A stretch of 44,651 nucleotides of DNA from Candidatus Zixiibacteriota bacterium. Its GTDB lineage: Bacteria; Zixibacteria; MSB-5A5; GN15; JAAZOE01. Under the pieces are notes generated by a model that worked only from the letters and a program-made list of their open reading frames with translations, was not told the origin of the DNA and made no database searches. Shown here piece by piece: positions 8,961 to 18,476 of this stretch. A program made the translations under genes and the position numbers. The stretch is from NCBI GenBank assembly GCA_043819555.1, contig JBDREQ010000012.1, positions 1 to 44,651 of the forward strand. Direction: 5' to 3'. The number at the start of each line of letters is the position of its first letter. Positions within the stretch are counted from its first letter, which is position 1.

Positions 8961-10655
8961 ATGTTTCGTATTATAAAAAACGAAAAAGGAATGGCGCTAT
9001 TTATTGCCCTGATGCTGACCTTGATGCTGACTATTATCGGCATAGGTATTATAAAGACCTCCAATGACGAAATCTCAATTGCAGGTAATGAAATGAATGA
9101 AATGGTCGCCTTTTATTCTGCCGAGGCGGGTTTGGAAAAAGCGGCGGCCGCGCTGCAAACATATTATGAGGTCCATGGCGCACCGCCTGAAAAAATGCCA
9201 TCAGGCAATAATGACCTCCGATCGGCGACTGTAGTATATGTGACGACCGACAATGGCGCTTATGAAAATAAACAACTTGCTCAGGGAGACTATGCTGGTT
9301 TGCATGCCCGGGTTAAAACATATACAATTGAGTCAATCGGAACATCAGTGGTAGATGGAAGCCAGGTGAGACTTTATCAGGAATTTGAATGCGCTCTTGT
9401 GCCGATTTTTCAATTTGCGGTGTTTTACGAAGACGATCTTGAAATAGCGCCCGGACCTGCTATGGAAATTAACGGACGAATTCATTCAAATAAGGATATT
9501 TATCTTCAATCAGGAAAAAGCATAGACATTAATTCTTATTTGACATCATACGGAAGTATTTATCATGGCCGTAAACCCGGATCCGGGGAAAGCGACACCG
9601 ATGGTGAAGTTAATATACTGGGCATGGATGGGAATTACTATTCCATGCGCGACGGCAGCGACTGGCTGGATGCCGATGATGATTATTGGTTCGACAGCGC
9701 CTCGACCCGCTGGGGCGGGCGCGTAAAAGACTCCGATTTTGGACAGGCAAAATTAAAACTGCCATTTGAAAACCCAGATGAAGACGCTCATAGGATAATC
9801 AATAGAGCCTCTTTTGACGGAGGTAATAGCGAATCTTTTGAAAATAAGGCAACCTTCAAAATCATGGACGGCCAGGCATTGTATGACGTGGGCGGAGGCA
9901 GTTGGGTTAATGTTACGGCAAGTCTTCTTGCCGATGGTACGTTGAAAGAATCGACTTTTATTGATAAAAGGGAAAACAAAGAATCTATCGTTTACGATAT
10001 TGATATGAAAAAATTAAGAGATTCCGATTATTTCCCATCCAATGGAACCATATATACCGCTGATAACCGGGACGGATTGAGAGCCACGCGCATCTACAAT
10101 GCAGATGAAATCGGCGCGCCGCTGACAATTGCCTCTGAAAACCCGGTCTATACAATGGGCAATATAAATTCAAAAAATAAGCAGCCAATGGCGATTATCA
10201 CGGATGCTTTGACAATTTTGTCTCAAGACTGGAAAGATGATCCTCTGGTTTCCGGTTCGGATGATAAAAATGACAGAGAGGCTTATTCTACCAAAACGAA
10301 TTTTTCGTTCATAACCGGCAATAAAAATACCGGTGAAGACGGAGCGGGATATAATGGCGGACTGGAAAACCTTCCTCGCTTTCTGGAGAATTGGGAGGGC
10401 AAAACTCTGGCTTATCGCGGCTCAATGATATGCCTCTGGCTTTCTCAGGAAACAATTGGAGAATGGAGTGGAAAATACTATACGCCCCCGAATCGCGATT
10501 GGGCTTTTGATACCGACCTTAATGATCCCAGTAAACTTCCGCCGGGAACTCCATCTTTGCGGGTTTTCCAGCGCGTCGGCTGGCGTCAGGATCATGTTGA
10601 TCCTAAGATATATCACTCTTTAGAGGAGCCCAGCGATCCTGCGCCTACGATTTAG
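8961..10655 (+). CDS. PilX-like pilus assembly protein with large C-terminal extracellular domain
   Basis: KG/MALFIAL (no E5, as in PilX/GspK), AFYSAEAGLEKA PilX-N motif, INGRIHSN beta-repeat region; AAGGAG RBS. Confidence 0.82.
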   Translation: MFRIIKNEKGMALFIALMLTLMLTIIGIGIIKTSNDEISIAGNEMNEMVAFYSAEAGLEKAAAALQTYYEVHGAPPEKMPSGNNDLRSATVVYVTTDNGAYENKQLAQGDYAGLHARVKTYTIESIGTSVVDGSQVRLYQEFECALVPIFQFAVFYEDDLEIAPGPAMEINGRIHSNKDIYLQSGKSIDINSYLTSYGSIYHGRKPGSGESDTDGEVNILGMDGNYYSMRDGSDWLDADDDYWFDSASTRWGGRVKDSDFGQAKLKLPFENPDEDAHRIINRASFDGGNSESFENKATFKIMDGQALYDVGGGSWVNVTASLLADGTLKESTFIDKRENKESIVYDIDMKKLRDSDYFPSNGTIYTADNRDGLRATRIYNADEIGAPLTIASENPVYTMGNINSKNKQPMAIITDALTILSQDWKDDPLVSGSDDKNDREAYSTKTNFSFITGNKNTGEDGAGYNGGLENLPRFLENWEGKTLAYRGSMICLWLSQETIGEWSGKYYTPPNRDWAFDTDLNDPSKLPPGTPSLRVFQRVGWRQDHVDPKIYHSLEEPSDPAPTI

Positions 10656-10690
10656 AAAAATATCTACCACACCTGCGCAGTTACCATCGG

Positions 10691-10730
10691 CCGGGAGATT
10701 TTTTTTGGAAAAAATTCTCCCGGTTTTATT
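10691..10730 (+). terminator. Intrinsic terminator of the pilin operon
   Basis: CCGGGAGATTTTTT / AAAAAATTCTCCCGG stem (10691-10723) followed by TTTTATTTT. Confidence 0.7.
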
Positions 10731-10780
10731 TTGAGTAAGAAAAGCCCGGTCGCCATTAACCGTGTGGGTAATAATATTGA

Positions 10781-10984
10781 CTATTGTGTAGGGGCATTAA
10801 CCTGCTTCTTCGGTTCCTTAAAAAATTTCTCGGCCGGACAAAACCCGGTAATAGAGGATTGAAACAAGTTGAAACCGACTATTCCGGTCATGATAAACCA
10901 GTAAGGCGAGACTAATAATCCCAACGCGAGCGATATTAAAACCAGCGAACCGGCCAACCCTCTGACTTTTCTTTCTACTGACAT
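10781..10984 (-). CDS. DUF2892 (YgaP-like) small membrane protein
   Basis: MSVERKVRGLAG...VGFNLFQSSITGFCP pattern; ATG at 10984 with GGAG RBS (ORF-track start at 11065 too far upstream). Confidence 0.85.
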   Translation of the reverse strand: MSVERKVRGLAGSLVLISLALGLLVSPYWFIMTGIVGFNLFQSSITGFCPAEKFFKEPKKQVNAPTQ

Positions 10985-11416
10985 CGAATTATCTCCTATA
11001 ATCCATACTTTCTTTTCAAGTACGCGCTGTCTGTCTAATATAATTCCCCAAAATTCACACGGCAAAATTTACCCTTAAATTCCTGCAGACTGAGCGGTCA
11101 AATTCCCGGTCGATTTAATCAATACCAGTAAAAGTTGTCTGGTTGGGAAAGCGTATTTGTCCAGTTTTTGGACACGAGCTAAAATATAATTACTTAGGAT
11201 TTGCTTTAATAGCGGTAATGAGTAAACTTTAAGGACTGTTCAGAATTCCGACAAATTACTAATTAAAATAATAATATTATGGTTTCCCGAAGTTCTTTAT
11301 AGAGGACATGATAATCGATTTTATTAGGTCGGCAATGCATGGAAACTGATAATTTCGGATTCAGCAATTTAATAGGCTAATTTGATAGTCGGCCGGGAAA
11401 AATTATTTTCCAATAA

Positions 11417-11893
11417 CTAATTTACGCCGAACAAAGAATTCAATTTGCTCTTAAATGAAACATCATCTCGGTTGTTATCGGGAAAAGATGCAATTTCCAC
11501 CTTAACATCAAATTGGTAATCAAGTTCCAGAAATTCGGACAAATAATCGGAAAGCTGGCCGCGAATTCGATTGCTTGCGACATTCGCCCCCTTTTTATCG
11601 GTTTCCGGCAGCAACATTACCAATCGAGAATGATCAATCGGCGAAATTGTATCGGTTTCCCTGGAGACCAGCCGAAGGCGATAAAGAAGATCCTTTATAA
11701 ACTCATCGGCATCCTTATCTGATTTAATTTTCCTTCGCCCGGCACTAGACAGGAATTCAGACAGATTAAGGACTAACATTGAGAGAAAATTACGATAACG
11801 CTCGGCTCTTTTTAGTTCGAGCAGAACTTGATCCCTGAATTTAATAATTGATTCGGCTTCCATGCCCTTTTTCTTTCTCCCACCATCACTCAT
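11417..11893 (-). CDS. Stand-alone degenerate GGDEF-domain protein (putative c-di-GMP receptor)
   Basis: ELKRAERYRNFLSMLVLNL, RETD-TISPI-DHSRL-VMLLPETDKKGA...NRIR, IASFP align with the GGDEF fold; GGDEF replaced by DHSRL; ATG 11893 has AGGTG RBS. Confidence 0.75.
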   Translation of the reverse strand: MSDGGRKKKGMEAESIIKFRDQVLLELKRAERYRNFLSMLVLNLSEFLSSAGRRKIKSDKDADEFIKDLLYRLRLVSRETDTISPIDHSRLVMLLPETDKKGANVASNRIRGQLSDYLSEFLELDYQFDVKVEIASFPDNNRDDVSFKSKLNSLFGVN

Positions 11894-11932
11894 AGTACAC
11901 CTGGTTTTTAAACAAATTCCCATATTCATATA

Positions 11933-11948
11933 AGCAATTTCTATTCCG
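11933..11948 (-). promoter_or_regulatory. Sigma54 (-24/-12) promoter of the degenerate GGDEF gene
   Basis: Minus strand CGGAATAGAAATTGCT = GG-N10-GC with TTGCT at -12; 40 nt upstream of ATG 11893, directly downstream of an enhancer-binding protein gene. Confidence 0.65.
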
Positions 11949-12145
11949 TGATTTATTAAGCCTATTTGATATCCGACCCGGTCTTCTCTATAATTATAAT
12001 GCTACCAATGCATTAGGAAATTTTAGTATCATTTCATAAAATGGAAAAACCCAGGAATTTTCTAAAAAACTTGCGAAATTGTTGACATTTTGCGCATATT
12101 ATATGTAATTCTTAGTCATTTTAAATGATTTAATTTGACGATTTC

Positions 12146-12174
12146 AAAAAAAGTGTCAGGAAAACCTACACTTT
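12146..12174 (-). terminator. Probable intrinsic terminator after the NtrC-family gene
   Basis: Minus strand AAAGTGTAGG-TTTT-CCTGACACTTT followed by T run, 25 nt after stop at 12199. Confidence 0.55.
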
Positions 12175-12198
12175 GCATTTATTGAATATGTGGAGAGC

Positions 12199-13611
12199 TT
12201 ACTTGACTTCGTTGAGCTTGTATTCTTTGATTTTGTAAAGTAAAGAACGATAACTGATCTCGAGTATATCGGAAGCTTTTCTCCGATTCCAGTTGGTCTT
12301 ATTGAGAACTTCCATTATGAGCGCTTTTTCTTCCCGGCTAACCGTAGCAGCCACGCGCTGTTTTAGAGAAAATGATTTATTGTCTGTCCTGGGCGCCGTA
12401 ACATTGACTGGTGTAATATGTTGAGGTTGAGTAAGTAAATTGGTTCCGTGACCTGACAACAGTTCAGGAATTATTGATTCGTTGCCTCTGACCACAACCT
12501 GCTTAATAAGATTTTCAAGCTGTCTAACATTGCCCGGCCACGAAAATGCCAGCAATTGATTGTTTGCCTCCTGAGATAAGGAGGAAGCTTGGCGCTGATA
12601 CAAGGTATTATATTTATCAATAAAATGCTCTGCCAATAGGGATACGTCATTGCCCCTGTCTCGTAATGGCGGCAGGGAAATAGTTATTTCATTCAGGCGA
12701 TAGAAAAGATCATCACGAAAAGCGCTCCGGGAAATGGCGTCTTCGAGATTGCGGTTTGTGGCGCAAATTATTCGAACATCAACATGAATATTGTGTATCC
12801 CACCGACCCTGACAAATTCCTGCTGTTCCAAAACCTGCAATAACTTGGACTGGAGCTCCATTGGCATATCGCCAATTTCATCCAAAAATATCGTACCTTT
12901 ATTGGCTACTTCAAATCGTCCGGGTTTGGTCTTATGGGCACCCGTAAAAGCGCCCTTTTCATACCCAAAAAGTTCGGCTTCGAGCAAATCTCGAGGAATT
13001 GCGGCACAATTAACTTTGGTAAATGATTCTTCGCCGCGATCAGACATATTGTGAACCATGCGAGCCACAATTTCTTTGCCCGTCCCGGATTCTCCGCGAA
13101 TTAAAACCGTCAACTCCGACCGGGCTACCTGTTCGACCAAGTCTTTAACCTGTATAACTTTGGGGGAGTCTCCGATAAAACTTTCATATTGCGAACGAGC
13201 TTTTAATTCGGTTTTAAGGTTTGAAACTTCCTTTTTTAGTTTGCTCTTTTCGAGAATATTATTGATATGAATTTCTACTTCTTTGACATCGAACGGTTTT
13301 TTAATAAATTCGGCCGCGCCGTTTTGGATTGACTCAACTACGTAATGGGTGTCGTCATGCCCGGATAGCATAACAACCTCAGGACGGCCTTCGACCCTAT
13401 TCAGTTTTTTCAATATATCAATGCCGGAAATATCAGGCATTTTTATATCAAGGAGGATCAGATTAGGTTTTTCGGTGGTAATCATCTGGAGACCCTCGCT
13501 GCCATTGCGGGCCGCCACAAAGTCGAAACTACTCGAGAGTCCCTCGGATAGAATCCATCCGACCTTAGGGTCGTCGTCAATTATAAGTATTTTTATTCGT
13601 TCTTTTGCCAT
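12199..13611 (-). CDS. Sigma54-dependent NtrC-family response regulator (REC-AAA+-Fis HTH)
   Basis: IIDDD/LLDIKMP receiver, GESGTGKE Walker A, GAFTGA loop, FLDEIG Walker B, WPGNVRQL, C-terminal HTH. Confidence 0.96.
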   Translation of the reverse strand: MAKERIKILIIDDDPKVGWILSEGLSSSFDFVAARNGSEGLQMITTEKPNLILLDIKMPDISGIDILKKLNRVEGRPEVVMLSGHDDTHYVVESIQNGAAEFIKKPFDVKEVEIHINNILEKSKLKKEVSNLKTELKARSQYESFIGDSPKVIQVKDLVEQVARSELTVLIRGESGTGKEIVARMVHNMSDRGEESFTKVNCAAIPRDLLEAELFGYEKGAFTGAHKTKPGRFEVANKGTIFLDEIGDMPMELQSKLLQVLEQQEFVRVGGIHNIHVDVRIICATNRNLEDAISRSAFRDDLFYRLNEITISLPPLRDRGNDVSLLAEHFIDKYNTLYQRQASSLSQEANNQLLAFSWPGNVRQLENLIKQVVVRGNESIIPELLSGHGTNLLTQPQHITPVNVTAPRTDNKSFSLKQRVAATVSREEKALIMEVLNKTNWNRRKASDILEISYRSLLYKIKEYKLNEVK

Positions 13612-13707
13612 TTTTAATCCGGTTAATTAATTAATCGTCAGCAATTTGGAAAAATCAAGCCATTTTACATAAAATATGTCAATTATTTGCAATTTTTTGC
13701 AAGGGAA

Positions 13708-15840
13708 TTAATTTATGGGCAGATAAATGGAAAAAGCGGTCCCTTCCCCTTTTTGGCTTTCCACTTTTATTCTTCCGCTATGAGCTGATACTATTCGCTC
13801 GACAACCGCCAATCCCAATCCGGTGCCCGATTCCTTGGATGTATAATATCTATCAAAAATTATCGATTTATCTTTGCTGTCAATCCCGCATCCGTTGTCG
13901 ATAATTTCGACTTTGGCCATAGTTTTATCATTTATTTGCTCAAGCGACGTTTGAATAATTATCTTCCCCTGCTTATCGATAGCATCAATCGCATTAATTA
14001 GAAGATTTAAAAATAGCTCCATAATTTGGTTTTTGTTTGCGAAAATTTCCGGGATTTGTTTGGCGTATATTTTTTCCAGTTTAATTTCCTTCATTTCCAT
14101 ATCCCGGCTGACCAGTTGTGCGACACGTTCTAAAATTGACTCAATATTAATTCTCTCAGTTTGATATTTCTTGGGATTTGAAAAATCGACCAGTTCCCGA
14201 ACAAGTTCGTTCAGCCTCCGGACTTCCTCTTCCGCCATTTTGAACATATCTGACTCTTCGGCCAGCTCCGGCCATCTTTGTCGCATGATTTGCAGCCCGC
14301 CCCTGATATTGGTCAAAGGTTTCCGCATATCATGAGATATTTCCGAGATCATGTTGCCCATTGTCAGAAGTCGCGTAGCGTTTAGAATCGCCTTCTCTCT
14401 CTCGTACATTGTTGTTGCCTGGCTGGCAATCAAGCCGGCGATTTTTTTATCTTCATCGCTCAGTTCTTCCGATCCGGAAGAGCTAAGACAGAATATATAA
14501 GCCAGGCCTGATTCATTATTTATGAAAAAAGTGCAGAAATTGTCGCGAGGAATCGCTACTTTTTCAACAGGCGGGAGATGCCTCAAAATGAATTCCTTTG
14601 CTTTATCCTCAGTCTTTATTTCGTCGGGCGAGGTTTTCACTATCAATTCAAAATCAAGTTTGATATTGCCAGCCCCACCCACGAATTTCAGCGAATTATC
14701 CTTATGTCTCCAGCGAAACCAGAGCGATACATCAGCGGGCATGAGATTACGTATACCCCAAAATATTATCTCCTGTAAATGAGCCACGCTTCCAGCCCGG
14801 GACATGGCATCAGTGATATCTTGCAGAGTAGAAAGTTCTTCGACCCTCCGCTTCAAGAGATGAAAATTGGAAGCGTTATCAATCGCAACCGCCGCCTGAT
14901 TGGCAAATGTGCTTAACAGTTTTAGATCATATTCACCGAATTCCCCCCCATCGGTCCGATTGGCCATATTGATAACGCCTATTACTTTTTCCTTTACAAT
15001 CAGAGGAACCGATAGAAGCGAGGCTTTGCCGTATCGTTCCTCCTTATTTTGTCTTTTAAATCTGGGATCTTCCTCAACATTGGCAACAAATAGCGGCTCC
15101 CCGGACTTCGCGACATAACCTGAGATTGAAGAACCAATGGGAATACTCGTTTCGCGCACGATGTTCTTGCTGAGTCCGGTTGAGGCGGCAATGGTCAGGT
15201 TTTCATGATTCTCATCAATCAGCATTATGGAACCAATGCGGGCATGAAGTACCTCTGTGGCCAATCCGATAACATGGTCCAGAAGTTCATTCAGATCTAT
15301 AGTGGAACTTAGCGATTTCCCGGTTTTATAGAGGGCGTTAATTTCTTCGAGTCGAGCCAACAGCTCGAGATTTTTCTCCTGAAGTTCGGTCAACAAAAAC
15401 GATTTGGCTCGACCCAGACGCCTTTTCTCCAAACCGCGCTTTATGACCAATTCCAATTGAGGATATTCAACCGGTTTTAAAAGATAATCGTAGGCCCCCT
15501 GATTTATCGCTTCAATAGCGGAATCAAGGGAACCGAATCCGGTCATTAGAACAACGAGGGACTGGGGATCAACCCTGCGGGCGATTTTGAGGATTTCCAA
15601 TCCGGAAATGCCCGGCATTCGAATATCTGAAACAATCAGATCAAAGATGCCCTTGTTTATTTCACGAACGGCTTCATTGCTATCCTGAAAAGCTTTGACG
15701 TCGTAACCCGATTCGGTCAGGAGAGACGACAGAGAATCACACATGCGTTTTTCATCATCTATTACAATGATTAATTCCCTGATACTTTTATCGCCCGGCG
15801 TGACGCCTATCATCTTACTTCTGGTTGCCAAAATAGTCAA
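13708..15840 (-). CDS. Soluble hybrid sensor kinase REC-GAF-(GAF)-HisKA-HATPase
   Basis: VIDDE/SDIRMP receiver, GAF (LSVPL...GVINMAN...FANQAAVAIDNA), ISHDMRKPL H-box, N/G1/G2 boxes; no TM; true start may be TTG 15831 (GGAGG RBS) or ATG 15813. Confidence 0.92.
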   Translation of the reverse strand: MTILATRSKMIGVTPGDKSIRELIIVIDDEKRMCDSLSSLLTESGYDVKAFQDSNEAVREINKGIFDLIVSDIRMPGISGLEILKIARRVDPQSLVVLMTGFGSLDSAIEAINQGAYDYLLKPVEYPQLELVIKRGLEKRRLGRAKSFLLTELQEKNLELLARLEEINALYKTGKSLSSTIDLNELLDHVIGLATEVLHARIGSIMLIDENHENLTIAASTGLSKNIVRETSIPIGSSISGYVAKSGEPLFVANVEEDPRFKRQNKEERYGKASLLSVPLIVKEKVIGVINMANRTDGGEFGEYDLKLLSTFANQAAVAIDNASNFHLLKRRVEELSTLQDITDAMSRAGSVAHLQEIIFWGIRNLMPADVSLWFRWRHKDNSLKFVGGAGNIKLDFELIVKTSPDEIKTEDKAKEFILRHLPPVEKVAIPRDNFCTFFINNESGLAYIFCLSSSGSEELSDEDKKIAGLIASQATTMYEREKAILNATRLLTMGNMISEISHDMRKPLTNIRGGLQIMRQRWPELAEESDMFKMAEEEVRRLNELVRELVDFSNPKKYQTERINIESILERVAQLVSRDMEMKEIKLEKIYAKQIPEIFANKNQIMELFLNLLINAIDAIDKQGKIIIQTSLEQINDKTMAKVEIIDNGCGIDSKDKSIIFDRYYTSKESGTGLGLAVVERIVSAHSGRIKVESQKGEGTAFSIYLPIN

Positions 15841-17179
15841 CCTCCCCGGTTTCTGAGGCAGGCAATATTATTTCAAAGCTCGATCCGCCCCTATTATTAT
15901 TGGTCGCGATAATATTTCCTCCGTGCTCTTTTATAATTCCGTAACATACTGACAATCCCAGCCCGGTTCCCAAACTTCCATCCTTGGTCGTATAAAACGG
16001 CTCAAAAATCCGAGACAAATTCTCCTCCGGGATGCCGCATCCCGTATCGGAAATGATAATAATTAAACTGTTATCCCGGCATGTGACATCAATTGTAAGA
16101 GAACCGCCATCGGGCATAAAATCTTTGGCGTTTATAATCAAGTTTAAAAAGACCTGCTTCAACTGTTCATGATCGGCCATTACCAGGGGAATACCCTGGG
16201 CATGTGTACAATTCAGATCAATTTTATTTTCCTCGAGCTGCCATTTCATTAATGATACGGTCGCGTCAATAATGTCCCTAAGATTTGTTTTCTGAATCCT
16301 GGCTTTCCGCGGACGATGAAAATCAAGAAGCTGCCGGACAATTCCGGCGATTCGATCAAGTTCCTGCTTGACAACGCCCAGATACTCGTGAGCGGTTTCA
16401 GGCGAGTCCATTGACCTTCCGGCCAGGTGAAGATAATTGGAGATAATGCTCAGGGGATTATTAACCTCGTGAGCAATCTTGGCCGACAAATCGCCCATTG
16501 CGGCGGCCCGCTCCGTCAGAACAAGCTGTTTTTGAGCCTGGCGCAGCTCTTTTAGCGTTATTTTTTCCGACTCATACAGTCGCGCGTTTTCCAGAGCCAC
16601 TACGAATTGGTTAGCGAGAATAGATAAAAAATCAATATCATCGGGCGCAAAATTATCATGGGATACTTTACCTCCCAAAATTAAAAGACCTTTGAGATTT
16701 GATTTAAAAATAAGCGGAAGGATAATTCCTCTTTTGAAACGGCTGAGTATTTCGGCCGAACCCTCAGGCGAGTTTTCATCAAGGAAATCATTTGTCATTA
16801 TCGGTTTATTAATCTCAAGTAAATTCCTTGCGGGATTGCCGACGATATTGCCATTATCTTCAAAACGTACGTCACGCATTAATCCTTTGGACTTGACAAG
16901 ATTAAATCTTTCGGGAGCGTTTTCATCGGGAAGAAACAGAGCCGCCGATGCGGCTCCGACCTGGCCCAGAGAAGTCAGTAAAAAAGAATCTACCAGAGTT
17001 TGATAATTCAGGACGGAATTAAAATTGCGGCTAATTTCAAAAATGGTATAGAGATCAAATATTTTGCGTTTGAGCTGGCGGTTGCTTTCGGTCAGCTCAT
17101 TGATTTTTATATCAATCGCCGACCCGAGCATCTCGACGGCCTGCCGTGATCTGTTTCTTGCCTTATCTTCTTTTGTCAA
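15815..17179 (-). CDS. Soluble GAF-domain sensor histidine kinase
   Basis: N-terminal coiled coil, GAF ending LANQFVVALENARLY, IAHEVNNPL H-box, DTGCGI, GTGLGL; start overlaps folC stop. Confidence 0.92.
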   Translation of the reverse strand: MTKEDKARNRSRQAVEMLGSAIDIKINELTESNRQLKRKIFDLYTIFEISRNFNSVLNYQTLVDSFLLTSLGQVGAASAALFLPDENAPERFNLVKSKGLMRDVRFEDNGNIVGNPARNLLEINKPIMTNDFLDENSPEGSAEILSRFKRGIILPLIFKSNLKGLLILGGKVSHDNFAPDDIDFLSILANQFVVALENARLYESEKITLKELRQAQKQLVLTERAAAMGDLSAKIAHEVNNPLSIISNYLHLAGRSMDSPETAHEYLGVVKQELDRIAGIVRQLLDFHRPRKARIQKTNLRDIIDATVSLMKWQLEENKIDLNCTHAQGIPLVMADHEQLKQVFLNLIINAKDFMPDGGSLTIDVTCRDNSLIIIISDTGCGIPEENLSRIFEPFYTTKDGSLGTGLGLSVCYGIIKEHGGNIIATNNNRGGSSFEIILPASETGEVDYFGNQK

Positions 17180-18465
17180 AATCCGTCTCGTTTGATAAAT
17201 GGGGCCAGTTCTCCCATAATAAAATGAGAACCGGCTATTATCAATATATCGGCCTGAGAGCAGTTTTTGTATAGGTCCTGAAAGGCATACGGAATATCGG
17301 GATATATCCGCACATGAGTTTTTTTAAAATTTAATCGAGATGTCAGAAAATACGGATCGTCGCGCCGTGGGTTTTTTATGCCTGCGGTTGATATAGATTT
17401 GGCCAACGATTCAATCATCGCCAAACAGGCATCGCCATGTTTCTTTTCAACCATACCGATTAAAAAATGGAATTTTTGACCCGGAAAATGACTTTTAAGA
17501 GCTTCTGAAAGGACCGCGAAACCTTCCTGGTTGTGAGCTACATCAATAATTATTCGAGGACGATTTTTTACCGTCATGCAACGACCCGGCCAATAATTTT
17601 TTGCCAAACCGTTTTTAACCGCTCTCTTTGAAATCCGAAAACCCTGCTTGTTTAAGACATCAATCGTTCGAACCGCCAGAAAACCATTCTGAACCTGATG
17701 TTTTCCCAAAAGAGACACCTGTACTTTTAATCCACGATATTTTCCCGAGCATATATTCAAAATATCCTGGCCATTTTTAAAAAAATATCGGTACTGTTTT
17801 TCATTATGAAAATAGAGAGGCGAATTTCGGTCAGTGCAAATTTCTTTAAATCTCCGGGCGGCATCATTTCCATTATCAGTTACCCCGGTTACTAATGGCA
17901 CACCGGGTTTTATAATTCCGCCCTTTTCCCCGGCGATTTTATAAACTGATTTCCCCAGTAAATTGGTATGCTCCAGAGAAATATTGGTGATCACGGAAAC
18001 ATTGGGCGTAACAATATTGGTGGCATCAAGACGCCCTCCCAGCCCGGTTTCCAAAACAACCCAATCAACCCTCTTCTCATAAAAATACCAAAACGCTAAT
18101 GCGGAGGTAACCTCGAAGAATGTCACTTCAGATTTGACAATCAGTCCCTTATATTTTCCTAAGAACTTGGTAATCGCATTCTTTTCGATTTTCCGCCCAT
18201 TAATCCTGATTCGTTCACGAAAATCAGCCAGATGGGGCGAGGTCAGCAAGCCTACATTATAACCTGCTTCCATAAGAATTGACGCGATGAAGCTCGAGGT
18301 CGAGCCTTTGCCGTTAGTGCCGGCAACGTGAACGATATTATATTTATTTTGAGGATTACCCATCCATTCGGAAAGGCGCGTAATATTATGCAGTCCCAGC
18401 TTGATTCCGAAATGCTGTCGATTATAGATGAAATCAAGACCCTTTTGATAATTATCGCGAGTCAT
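17176..18465 (-). CDS. folC: Folylpolyglutamate synthase/dihydrofolate synthase
   Basis: HVAGTNGKGS, TSPHL, ETGLGGRLDATN, DVAHN motifs. Confidence 0.96.
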   Translation of the reverse strand: MTRDNYQKGLDFIYNRQHFGIKLGLHNITRLSEWMGNPQNKYNIVHVAGTNGKGSTSSFIASILMEAGYNVGLLTSPHLADFRERIRINGRKIEKNAITKFLGKYKGLIVKSEVTFFEVTSALAFWYFYEKRVDWVVLETGLGGRLDATNIVTPNVSVITNISLEHTNLLGKSVYKIAGEKGGIIKPGVPLVTGVTDNGNDAARRFKEICTDRNSPLYFHNEKQYRYFFKNGQDILNICSGKYRGLKVQVSLLGKHQVQNGFLAVRTIDVLNKQGFRISKRAVKNGLAKNYWPGRCMTVKNRPRIIIDVAHNQEGFAVLSEALKSHFPGQKFHFLIGMVEKKHGDACLAMIESLAKSISTAGIKNPRRDDPYFLTSRLNFKKTHVRIYPDIPYAFQDLYKNCSQADILIIAGSHFIMGELAPFIKRDGF

Positions 18466-18476
18466 AAATGATAATA

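Noticed and set aside
12154..12170. TGT-N11-ACA site as an activator operator
   Set aside because: Coincides with the stem of the probable terminator, which explains the dyad symmetry
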